Assembly (NCBI GenBank): GCA_028534125.1
Contig: JAPYYK010000117.1
Coordinates: 558,001 to 622,000 of the forward strand
Length of the DNA: 64,000 nucleotides
Direction: 5' to 3'
Source: Lama glama
Lineage: Eukaryota
Made by a program: the position numbers and the translations under genes. The stretch's first letter is position 1, and each line of letters begins with the position of its first letter. Under the pieces are notes generated by a model. That model saw nothing but the letters and a program-made list of their open reading frames with translations, made no database searches and was not told the DNA's origin. Below, piece after piece: positions 51,901-63,072 of the stretch.

Positions 51901-52144
51901 TTTGTAAATTTTAACCAATTGATCTCCGTCCCTTACGGGTCCAAAACAGGAATTCTGGACAAGAGTTAAATCTCAGTTTCATATAAGTCATGCTTATGAA
52001 GGGAGAGAAATACTGTTGATTCTCATCTGAATTGTCTTAGTTATCATTAGTCAAATTCTTAATTTTAGGTCCTACAAATCAGGCACATCTTCAGGTGACA
52101 TTCACAGAGACTGGGAAAGAAAAACCCATCCCACAGCGACATGA

Positions 52145-52320
52145 GGAGGCAGGACTGTGTAGAAAGCAAGGTGAGAACAGGAGCCAAAGCTTAAGTCTGG
52201 ACTCTGTTATTGATTAGCTGTTTGAGCTGGAAAAGTCACTTTTCTTGCCCTGGCACGAGTGTCCTTCTCTGTAAAATGAGGTGGTTGTGCAGATGTTCCC
52301 AGCATCCTACTGATCTCCAG
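52145..52320 (+). mobile_element. MIR3/MIR fragment
   Basis: TTAGCTGTTTGAGCTGGAAAAGTCACTT..GTCCTTCTCTGTAAAATGAGG. Confidence 0.6.
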
Positions 52321-53389
52321 CCCTGTACAAAGTTAGTTCTTGCGGGAGCGCCAAGTGCTCCTTCGTGCATGTGTCATGTGACTTCACCCAGGCTCTGGGC
52401 AGCCACCTTCTGCTGTAATAGCCCTGTCCTTATATGACTTCTGGTGGCTTTAGAGAGAGATTCTGTTGGCAAAGGGACTTAGTCTGGCATGATTTCAGCC
52501 TAGTAATTACAAAGTGCCAATTGATCCTCATCTAATTACAGTATCATTTCCCTCTAGCCCAGAGCATTTTGTTGTTGTTGTTTAGGTGAAGGGGGTATGG
52601 ACAGAGGTTCCTAAAACTTAAATGCATCTGTATTTCAAGCTGATGTTTTTCACTCAGTTGGTATTTAGCTTACATGATTGTCAAGCTTCTACCCCTTGGA
52701 ATCAGTCATGTTTATTCATGAACTTGAAGCAGTTAGGAGGGGAAAGGGACTGGCATGAAGGAGTATATAAGACACAGTCTCTACTCAAACAGCTTATTTC
52801 TTCATCCCCTGAAGTCTCAGCATATAAAAGAGGCATGACCCCCTGTAAGCCTATTCCCCTGTTCTGTAAGAGCACTAAAACATCACCCTTTGTTGTTGTT
52901 CTTATACTGGCTTTGATCATTGCATATATTCATGGTTGTACTTTACAGTGAATTTTTAAATTTTTTCCTGATTAGATCTTTGCCATTATTCATAATGTTC
53001 ATTTGAGGGAAATAAAATGATATACACTAAAGCGAGTGTTAACAGACTGTAAGATTTGATATGTTTTGAAAAGAAATGGTAATGATAAATGACAGTGACC
53101 TAATTTGTGGAATAGTCTTCTTGCATAAAATAATCTGCTAGTTTGTAATTATGTGATTAACTCAACAAGAAAAAAAAAGGCAATCAAGTCAGAACCATCA
53201 TGTTATAGAATCAAAAAATGTCTGGAACTTTTCAAATTAGTTTGTTGCCTACAGTGAACTTTCATGTCAATCCTAAATATAAATACTATTTAAAAAAATT
53301 TTAGGAGAAAGATGTTCACTTATTTGCCACTAAAAAATCAAAGGAATAATCAAGAAAATAGCAAAAAAATTCTGAAAAATTAATGATAA

Positions 53390-53615
53390 CTGCTTGTTGT
53401 TAGTTTTAGTGTGTATGAAGCACTTTCAAATATATGAAACCTCATTTTAAAAGAAATAAAGTAGGGAGGCAGAATATAATCAAGTACATTTTAAAAGTGA
53501 GGTACAAATAAGGCTCAGTAGAATGAAATACCTTGTTCATGATCACATAGCTTTCCAGAGGCAGAAAACTAGGATGACATTTGTATACTCTATGTTCTTT
53601 TCACTGTACCATTAA
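53390..53615 (-). mobile_element. MIR
   Basis: AAGCACTTTCAAATAT..CATTTTAAAAGTGAGG..AAGGCTCAG..CCTTGTTCATGATCACATAGCT. Confidence 0.6.
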
Positions 53616-53964
53616 GAAAACAAAAATGAAAAATCTAAGGGATGTTGGTCCTGAAAGGTTTTTAGTACATTTATTTGACCATGAACTGGAGAGAGAAATA
53701 AATTCAGACTTTATTCATAATGCATGAGAGAACTAGATAAATATGTTTGACTTGAAGGTTAGTATTATAAAATAGCCAAAACTACAATAAACAAGGTGAA
53801 TTATAGGTTGGTTAGTTATGCAGCAGCATTAGGCTGATTTGACCTGAAACAATCAAATTATATGAAAATATATTTATAAACCCCAATTGAAACCAGGAAG
53901 TTACTTGGAAATGAAAACCATACTTTAATAGAGTAAATATAGAAAATGTGGAAAATATTTAAGT

Positions 53965-54160
53965 GATTTATATGCATGTGTTTCTGTATCCTGTAACACT
54001 CCAAGAAGGTGGATATAGTCAGTCCTGTATCATAAGTAAGGAATCTGAGGCTCAGAGAAGTCAATTTCTCTGTTGTCATATGGCAAGAAATCCGCAGAGC
54101 TAGAATCAAGTCTAGGTCTTTCTAATTCCAAAACCTATGTATGTTTTCTACTCCATTAAT
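53965..54160 (-). mobile_element. MIR
   Basis: AAGGAATCTGAGGCTCAGAGAAGTCAA..GTCATATGGCAAG..GCAGAGCTAGAATCAAGTCTAGGTCT. Confidence 0.7.
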
Positions 54161-55679
54161 GATCTTATGTCTCTAACATAACTTTCATACTCATGTTAAC
54201 TTTCATACTAATTTGACGCTTAGGAAATATTTTATGGCTGGATTTGTGGACATTTAAAAAAACTTTTTGGAGCACCTTTATCCTAGACTGGGATTCAGAG
54301 ATAACTGTTACACTCAGGAGTGTAAGTGGTGGGCCAGTCCTTAAGAGATGCCGTTAAGCCGTCTGGAAATAGAGAACGGAGGAGAGTCTTGAGTGTATTT
54401 GGTGATAAATTACTAAAAGTAGTGGCTCACTCACTCAGTGTCAAGCACACTTCGTCTCAGAAACAAAAATAAAGCCAGTAAATATGGTGTAGAAGCAACT
54501 AATCAGAGCTGGATTGCTCAGAAGAGAATGTGCCTGAGGCTCACGTAAAGTCAGGGATGGACGTGTGAGTTCTTCCAGGAAAGGGTGCAGCCGAATACAG
54601 CAAGGGCAGTGGCAGACGAATATGTGGGAAGCAGTAGGCAACAGTGAGGAAGGATCATCAACCATTACTCTTCATTTGGGCTTATCGATTGTTCTCCAGG
54701 CTAGGACAACAGGTGTAATGGACTGTTACAGACGCTCTGGGTGAATGTCGGCCCCCCCGAGATGGTCATCATCCAGAGAGGACAGAGAAGAGAGGCAGAA
54801 CAGGGAGAAGGGGCCCTCCATTCCTTCCTTGTTCTCATTTTTTTTAAGGAGAGACATCCTTGCTGCCACATTTGACTTTCCAAAACCAGAAATCTCTTCG
54901 GGAATCTGTATTTTAACTGCTCTGGTAGTAGGTGAGGAGAGGAGGACATTTTTACTTACAAGGTTTACTATTTTGTCAGCGAGAGAGGGAGGACACCTCC
55001 AAAATGTACGGAAAATTAAATTCAGTAATTGAATACATTGTGTGCTAAGCCAGGTGTGTCTCTGTTTCTTGCGTCTTCCAAGTGTCATTGTTGAAGGGTG
55101 TCCTTTTGGGCAGGAATTGCATTACTGTGTGTCCCTGGAGGGAGAACTAGAGTCCGGTATGTGGAGAGGGCTGTTGGTGCACAGGTCAGCAGAGTTAACT
55201 GCGGAGTTCAGAGTTGATACTTAATCGATGACAAAACCTAGCCACTAGAAACTTTGAACCTTCTACACTTGCCCCTCTTCCTTCTCTCCCATAATCCCCC
55301 TGCCAAATCTTCGTCCACTTAGATCTAGTAAGTTCAGGGTGCATTTGTTCCCGGCAAGCACCTACTATGTGCTGGGCATTGTACTAGACACAATGTGGAT
55401 TACTTTTATTTAATGTGCATTATAGACTGATCTTGTAGGCATTTGTTTCCCTGTTTTACAATAGAGACTAGGTAACTTGCCGACTTTGCACAGCCGATAG
55501 CAGTTAGAACTGAAAAACGGGCTGAAGTCCATTGAGCACATTGATCTTTCCTGACGTCCAAACTCCCTGAACCTGAAATAGGTTGTCTTATGAGGGAGTG
55601 AGTTCCCCATCCACAGTGGAGGGGGACGAGTAACATATCAACAAGTTTACCCTTTTTCTATATTACTATGAATATCATC

Positions 55680-56200
55680 TAAATATTTATCAAGGTGAAA
55701 TTCACATAATTTGGAATTAACCATTTTTGAATGAACAATTTCTTGGCATTTAGTCTGTTCACAGTGTTCTAAAAGACACCTCTATATCTCATTCTAAAAT
55801 ATTTTCATCACCTTAAAATAAAACTCAGTATAAAACTCCCCATTCTTTCCTCTTACCGTACCTACCCCAGCCCCTGTCAGTTATTAGTCTGATTTTTGTC
55901 CCTGTTGATTTATCTGTTCTAGATATTTCATATGAATGGAACCATACAGTATGTGACCTTTTGTGTCTGGCTGCTTTCACTTAACACCCTGCTTTGGCAA
56001 TTCATCCATGTTGTAGCATTTATCAGTACTTCATTTTTTTTAAATGACCGAATAATATTCATTATACCATAATTTATTCATCCCTTCATCAATTGATAGA
56101 TGATTGGGTTATTTCTATGTTTTGCCTGCTATGAATCGTGCAGCTATGACTGTTCATGTGCAAGTATTTGTTTGAGTAACTGCTCTCGATTTCTTGGGAG
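55680..56200 (-). mobile_element. L1MB-like 3' end
   Basis: GGTGAAATTCACATAA..TGGCATTTAG..ATTTTCATCACC..ATATTTCATATGAATGGAACCATACAGTATGTGACCTTTTGTGTCTGGC..TTCATCCATGTTGTAGCAT. Confidence 0.87.
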
Positions 56201-56204
56201 CTGT

Positions 56205-56430
56205 GTATTTTGGAGCTTTCGCTTTGTGCTGGGTCACTGAACTTAGTGTTTTACACATCGGCATTCTTTGAATTCTCAGAAATTTGTGAGGTGAATACTG
56301 CTGTTAAACCTGCTTTACAGTTGAGGAAACTGTCACAGAGAGGTGAACATACCTTGCACTGGGTCACACCCTGCTTGCGCTGGAACTCAAAGACTAAGCA
56401 CCCAAGTTCCAGAGTCTGTACACAGTACTT
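56205..56430 (-). mobile_element. MIR
   Basis: TTTACAGTTGAGGAAACTGTCACAGAGAGGTGAA..CCTTGCACTGGGTCACAC. Confidence 0.7.
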
Positions 56431-57004
56431 TTTCTCTCTTGGATCTTATCAGCTTCAAACTTAACACCTACAACCGCTTCAGCTGTACCTTCTCTGATCC
56501 CACCCTTTCCTGTCTCCCCTGGACAGACTCTGGTTTGTTAAGTTTCCTCTTAAAATGCAGAATCCAATATTGGTGATAATATTCTAGGAGTGGTTTCTTT
56601 TTCCTGTTGTTATCATCATTACCATTATTGATATTTTGGTTATATTTGAAAGGTTACTAGGGGTTAATTTTTTCAAAATAGTATTTATTAGTTGTGCTTA
56701 CTAATAATAAAATTATAAATAACAGTAAAAAACAAGCCTCAGCTTTGCAGCTCAGGATATCTGTTGCCATTAAGAAAAGCCAATAAAATCACAATGCATA
56801 TGCATGAAAAAAAATCCAAACAGTAAATAAATACATAAAATTTTTATTATGACTTTTTTTCTGGGAAAAGACATTATGTATATTACCAAATACACATTCC
56901 AGGTATGTTCTGACATTGGTAGTGTTCACAGTCTCTTTCATTTCCCCAAGGCTCTGTTTTAGCTAATTTAAAGGTATCTACAATACCAGAAGCTACTACT
57001 GATT

Positions 57005-57200
57005 TTGTGGTGGACTAAAATTCCCAGACACTTTTCATATGACCTGTTGCCAAGTCAGAACTCCATTCTGCCATGCTGGCATTTGCAGTTGATTTTCTTG
57101 ACATAAATCTAGAACTTTCCTTATTTCTGTGTAATTCATCAAGCATGTTCGGCCCAATGCCATTCTCTCAAGATAAGTTTACATGCAAAGTTTGGTATCC
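57005..57200 (-). mobile_element. L3/CR1 ancient LINE fragment
   Basis: ACTAAAATTCCCAGACACTTTTCATATGACCTGTTGCCAAGTCAG..TGCAGTTGATTTTCTTGAC..TTATTTCTGTGTAATTCATC..TTCGGCCCA resembles the recalled antisense L3 RT region. Confidence 0.6.
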
Positions 57201-58402
57201 CATTTGTTAGTGATCACTCTCTGGGCAATGCAAAGAATTCTACCACTTGACCATCCTGGGAATTTTTCGTTTATATTAATCAGTGTATTTATCATTATCA
57301 GCTGAGAGATACTGAACACCTTAAGCTACACAGAGAAGCATATCTGTTTTGCACTTATTTCTGAAATATTCCTTCTCAGACATCTCCTACCAGCCATGGA
57401 GTTGTTCAGAGTAACAGGGTTCCACTAGTAGAACCAGGGTTTCATTTGCAGAGATGCAATATAGAAGGGTGGAAAGACATTTATCAAATTTAATGATAGC
57501 ATTTGAAACCAAAGGTTCTATGCAATTCTCAGTTCGAGTATTGAATTACACAATCTCTTGCTCAGTATAATTTATTGTCTGAGAGATGTGCCTACATGAA
57601 TAGCATTTGACCACATTTTAATCTCACTAAGCTGCTATGAATTAAACCAAATGGTAAAGTTATAATATATGACTCCATTTTGATACCAATATAAGTTAAT
57701 ATTAACCAATAAAATGAAATGTGTTTTTAAAGCCTGAAATGTGTTTTGCCTAACCCTGAAGGACATATCTTTCTTGTGTATAACAGACCTATAATGTAAG
57801 TCAAGCTAAACTTTCTCTTTTATCATTTTCAATAAACTCTTTGTATTAGAATAGAAAGATGTATATGCTTGAGTTTTGATGTCTTCACTAAGTCTAAAGA
57901 TATTAATTAGACACTATCTATGTATTTCCTCTTAGAGGATGTTTGTAGTGATCATTTTGGGGGTGGGCGTGCTCATTAAAACTGGGCAATTTACTAATGA
58001 GCTTTTCAAGAATGGATTTTTTTTCCTACCAAGCCAGTGCCCATAACTGTCTGTGATTACTTTATACAGGTATAAAAGTGAGCCAAATAAATGATCTTAT
58101 TTTTATTATGATTATTTTGTGTGGGCAGATATTCTTTTGGGCTTTGTGTTTAAATGGATTTTGTGATAGGGAGAAAATGCAAATGAGGCAACAGCAGTTC
58201 TCATAAATTTCTGGCCTCACGACTGTAGTGCTGGGTATTGGTCTTGCTATCAAACCTCCCTAAGCACATTTTCTTTGTGTTAGTGACTTATGTAATATTG
58301 GTTCTTTCACCTGTTAGACTGGGTAATTCTTCCTTTTTACCTAGTGTGCCTTGTGTACTGCCCTTTATGTGTATATGTGTGTGTTTGTGTGTGTACACAC
58401 AG

Positions 58403-58426
58403 CATTCTTTCTTAGCTGAAGCTAAG
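58403..58426 (+). other. Candidate 24-nt micro-exon or cryptic exon (HSFLAEAK in phase 0)
   Basis: CACAG acceptor (AG 58401-58402), consensus donor AAG|GTAAGT (58424-58432), only phase 0 is stop-free, UG-rich upstream. Confidence 0.3.
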
Positions 58427-59751
58427 GTAAGTATCAGCATCAGATTTCCCCTTTATATTTGCAATCTGGTCAACGGATACCCTGTGGTTATGAAAATTAC
58501 ACACACTTAGTACCTATGTCAGTCTTGCTCTCTCAGTCACTGCCTAAATGGTGACCGGCCCCCTTGTTGATACCAAAAGTGCTGTGAACACTTTCCCAGG
58601 AACAGTCACACATGAAGATTGTTCCCTTGTGGATGCAAATGCACAACGGTACTTCTGTAACCGTTCTTTCTTCGCTAATTTTACGAGTCGTATCTATCTT
58701 TTAAAGGAAGCGTTCATTTAGGATTATCCCGCTATAGACACATACCATGAGATTCTGAAGACAGTTAAAAGAACCAGAAAAGTGGAAAAATGCACAGGGG
58801 TTTTGGAAATCCCTCAAAGATGCCACCCGTCTGCATTGCAGTTGCCACCCTGTCACTATCCCATCTGCAGTGCAGCTCCAAAGCAAAACATATTCTCAAC
58901 AACTTATTGATAGTATTTCAGATTGAACAATAAAACCTGCACAGATGCAGGGATCCTCTCAAGATTTGGCCAGATGGGCTTTTCATCTTGGTCATGCCCT
59001 TTCAGGTTAATTTGTGATGTTTATGGCAGGGGGCAGGCAGATGAAAAAGGAGTGGCCTTGCAGAGATGGTACTAAAAACAGCGCCGAGCTCTGAAAATGA
59101 AGGTCTTTTATTAGACCATCTTGGCTGTTACAGAAGGCTAACTGGGTTCCTGTCCTTTCTGGCTGAACAACCTCAACCATTGGATCCACGGGGCAGCAAA
59201 TTACTGTAAAGAGATGATCTGATTTTTATGCGTTGACTTCAGTGTCTGAGCCAAATATAGCAAATATGTAGTTTAATTATTACCACTCCCCTTTTGTTTC
59301 CAAGAAGAGCAATGTTCATTTATTAAATAAGTAAACATTTACAATGCAATTTTGTGATTCCTGAGGACAGATAGGAGCAAAGATTACTGCAAGGCAGATT
59401 TGCATTCAAAATAAGGGTTTTAGTCCTACCTAAGCAATATGAGTAGATCTTGAGAGAGTCTAAGATAGCTCCTGGGGTTACTACTCCTCTGAAACTCTGT
59501 TAAACCTGGAAATGAGTTTATCGTGTTTCTCAACAGAGTCCTCTAGAAAGCCACTGTTGGTGGATCAGAGCTGTCACATGAGATGTAACTGGTCTAGCCA
59601 TCCAGCTCTGTGTGAGCCATGGCCACATTTTTTCTCTAAAACATCTCACCATAGAAGTACCCTAGACTTCTTCTCCAGTGTAGAGTTTATCACCACAGTC
59701 ACTCGGTATGATCTTTTCTGGTATTCCCACCTCGACACTGACTCTGTCTTG

Positions 59752-60340
59752 TTTTACATTTTTATTGAAGTAGAGTCAGTTCACAATGTTGGATCAATTT
59801 CTGGTGTACAGCACAATGCTTCAGTCATATAGGAACATACATATATTCATTTTCATATTCTTTTTCACTGTAAGTTGCTACAAGATATTGAATATAGTTC
59901 CCTGTGCTATATAGTATAAACTTCTTTTTTATCTATTTTATATATAATAGTATCTGAAAATCTCAAACCCAGTTTATCCCTTCCCACTCTGTCCCCCCCG
60001 CCACCCCTCACCCTGGAACCATAAGTTTGTTTTCTATGCCTGTGAGTCTGTCTCTGTTTTATAAATAAGTTCATTTGTCTTTTTTCTTTTAGATTCCACA
60101 TGTAAGTGATGTCATATGTTATTTTTCTTTCTCTTTCTGGCTTACTTCACTTAGAATGACATTCTCTAGGTCCATCCAATTTGCTGCAGTTGGCATTATT
60201 TTATTCTTTTGTATGGCTGAGTAGTATTCTATTGTATAAATATACCACAACTTCTTTATCCTGTCATCTATCGATGGACATTGAGGTTGTTTCCATGTCT
60301 TGACTGTTGTAAATAGTGCTGATATGAACATTGGGGTCAT
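59752..60340 (-). mobile_element. Lineage-specific L1 3' end (ORF2 C-terminal remnant and 3' UTR)
   Basis: ORF 60119..60340- TPMFISALFTTVKTWKQPQCPS..KKLWYIYTIEYYSA..WMDLENVILSEVSQKEKEK is the L1 ORF2p C-terminus. The UTR is a sibling of 21783-22270. Confidence 0.93.
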
Positions 60341-61354
60341 GGTTCCTCAAGTTTAAAATCACCTTCTAAGTGACACTTCCAGAAATCATCCCCTGAACCA
60401 TTCGGATATTTTCCATTTTGAAACTCTCCCATCAGGTCACAAGACATCAGTATTATACATTCTGGAACTCCTGGACATTAATATCATGGTCCCATGCATG
60501 TTTGGTGCCACTATGAATAGAGTGAAATCTGGAATTTAGCTACAAATGCAACCCCTTGTGGCTCAAATATTAAAAGGGAAAATCTCTGTTGCACATGACT
60601 ACTGACTCATCTTCATTCTTTTGATGTTTCTTGGAGTTGTCATTGGTGAAACTGATGATTTTGCCCATCTTAAGTGATTCATGGTTAGCTCTGGCCTCTA
60701 AAGATTGGAGTTAACTCTCTTCTAAGGGTTACCGATGAGGATATTCCCCCTTCAAAGGGACTTACGGTAAACCTTGTCCTTTAGCTTACACTACTACCTA
60801 TGCTTAGCATCTCTACCCAAGACTCTCGCAGGGGTTGGAACACTGGTTCTGCAGTCATCAGTCAGTGAATGTTATGGTGTACCAGCTGTGTGTCCGACAC
60901 TATGCTGGTTACTAGAAATAAAGCAGTGGGTTAGAGGAAGAGAGTCTTCATACGGCTTCCTGTTGTAGAGTCAGTAGGCATTAAACTGAGAATCCTGCTT
61001 CCTGATGGCCCTGATCAGAGAACATCCTTGTCTAACTTAACCCATGCCTTCTGCGTAATGAGTGGGATTCATCTATATAGTCTTGTGATGGTCTATCTTA
61101 AAAGGAGAGTAGCCCACCTTAATCATATTCTGAGGATTCTCAAAGCCTGTATTCAAAGATCGTTATCCTTTGCCTCTTGGGGTATCCTGGTAAAAAGGCT
61201 AGTGTATTTACTCCAGGGCACTCTAGACTTAATAGGAACAAAATTTAGGTAAATACAAAGAATTAGTTTCATTTTTCTTTTCTACGTACTCCACTGAGGC
61301 TATTCTTTTTAATGACTTATTTCCCCTCACTTTTATAGTCATATGTAATTTGTT

Positions 61355-61908
61355 TTTTTTTTCTATTCCCTTGGCTTTATTGAGTTATAATTGACATAAA
61401 GCATTGTGTAAGTCTAAGGTGTAAAACATAGTGGCTTTATATATGTGTATATTGCAGAATGATTACCAGGATAAGTTTAATTCACACATCCATTGCTTCA
61501 TATACTTTCTTTTATTTATTTATTTATTTTTTGTAGTGAGAACTTTTAAAATCTACTTTTTGGCAACTTTCAGATATACAATGCAGTATTGTTAACTACA
61601 GTCATCATGCTTTACATTACATCCCCAGAACTTCCTCATAACTGGAAGTCTGTACCCTTTGACTACTTTCACCTGTTTCCCCACCTCCACCCCTATGCCC
61701 TGCCCCTGGCAACAACCAATCTGTTCTCTGTTTCTACGAGTTTGGGTATTTTTAAAATTCCACATATTTCTATAGTGTTTGTCTTTTTCTGTCCGACTTA
61801 CTTCACTTACCATAATGCTCTCAAGATCCATCCATTTTGTTGCAAATGACAAGGTTTCCTTCATCTTTATGGCTGAATAATATTCCACTGTGTACACATA
61901 CCACATTT
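61355..61908 (-). mobile_element. L1MA-type (L1MA9-like) 3' end with ORF2 C-terminal remnant
   Basis: ORF 61592..61906- MWYVYTVEYYSAIK..SFATKWMDLESIMVSEVSRTEKDK. UTR motifs TTATTGAGTTATAATTGACAT and CCCCTGGCAACAACCAATCTGTTCTCTG. Confidence 0.9.
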
Positions 61909-61924
61909 AAAGACTAACTGTGTA

Positions 61925-62170
61925 ACATGTCGAGTATTTAAGTTGTTCCTGAATATTCTACTAAGATGTTGTCTATATCATCTCAGTTTATTCTCACATG
62001 TATGCTGTGGGATTGGAGCTTTATTTTCCAGGTTTTATGGAATCAGAGCATGAACTTTAGACATGTTCAGTGATCTTTCTGTGGCCAAAGACCTACCAAG
62101 TGGTAGATCCAGGGCTCCTACACAAACTGTCTGATCTAGAACCTGGACTCTTAGCCACTGTACTGTGCTG
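61925..62170 (-). mobile_element. MIR
   Basis: CTCAGTTTATTCTCACA..GGAATCAGAGC..AAGTGGTAGATCCAGGG..CTCTTAGCCACTGTACTG. Confidence 0.6.
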
Positions 62171-62309
62171 CATCGCTAACAAATATTTGGTCTACCCTGT
62201 AGTTGATTCATGAGAAAACTAAAACCCAGGTTGTTGAGTGACTTGCCAAACAGGCATACTGTTTAGCTACAGACTTAAGACTAAGTCTTATGTCTTCACT
62301 TAAAAAGGA

Positions 62310-62583
62310 TAATAATAACAACTACCAAAAGCAGCAGCAGCAGTGAAATACATATCACAGAGCTCATTACACCTTCCAGGTGCTCTGCTCATGTTTTATT
62401 TTAGGTTCATGTATGTAATCACCACAGCGATGTTGAGCAAAGTACTAGCATTATCCCCATTTTACTTCTCAAGAAACTTAGGCATTTTGAGACTAACTCA
62501 GTTGCTTGAGGTCACACCACTGCACGGTTAAGGAGCTGGAATCCTAACCCAGCCAGTCTGGTGCCATAGTCTTTGTTCTAACC
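62310..62583 (-). mobile_element. MIR (MER20 inserted at its end)
   Basis: CCAGGTGCTCTGCT..ATTATCCCCATTTTAC..GAAACTTAGGC..GAGGTCACACC..GGAGCTGGAATCCTAACCCAG. Confidence 0.75.
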
Positions 62584-62783
62584 CCGTGGTTCTCAATGAG
62601 GAGAGGGTTTCCCTTTCCCCTCCGGAGATAGTTGTAATGCCCGGAGATATCTTTGGAGAGGGTATTCCTGGAATCTAGCGGGTAGAGGCCAGGGATGTTG
62701 CTAAACATCCTGCAGGGCACAGGACAGCCCGCTCACAACAGAGAATGATTTGCTGTAAAATGTCAATAGTGTGATACTCACTG
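62584..62783. mobile_element. MER20 (hAT-Charlie MITE)
   Basis: CCGTGGTTCTCAA start, TGGAATCTAGCGGGTAGAGGCCAGGGATGTTGCTAAACATCCTGCAGGGCACAGGACAGCCC..AAAATGTCAATAGTG body, ends CACTG. Flanks TTCTAACC / TTCTTGCT form a degenerate 8-bp TSD. Confidence 0.9.
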
Positions 62784-62919
62784 TTCTTGCTACTAGAGTA
62801 CGCTTTCTCTATGCTACCCGCCTTACCTGCCACAAGGCATACAGTATAATGCAACCTCCCAAAGTAGGAAAAGAGACAGTAGCCTCCAGTGTGCATGGTT
62901 AGTCGAGTGTGTCTTTTAT

Positions 62920-63072
62920 CGTGGCTGAAATCCTGGATTGGGATATTACAGTTTATTGGGTATCTCATAAAGATACAAGCTAGCACTGTGCCCGGCAAGA
63001 ACCTACAGGCACCATCCACTACTACAATGGAAACACAACTCGGTGTGCTTAGATTTTGGATGAAAGAATGAT
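62920..63072 (+). mobile_element. L2 3' end fragment
   Basis: GCTAGCACTGTGCCCGGCA..TTTTGGATGAAAGAATGA. Confidence 0.5.

Noticed and set aside
58707-58910. Open frame after TTTTAAAG/TTTAG (DYPAIDTYHEILK..) as a coding exon
   Set aside because: No good downstream donor and no recognisable homology.
60119-61906. ORFs 60119..60340- and 61592..61906- as functional genes
   Set aside because: They are truncated L1 ORF2 C-terminal remnants with no endonuclease or RT domain.
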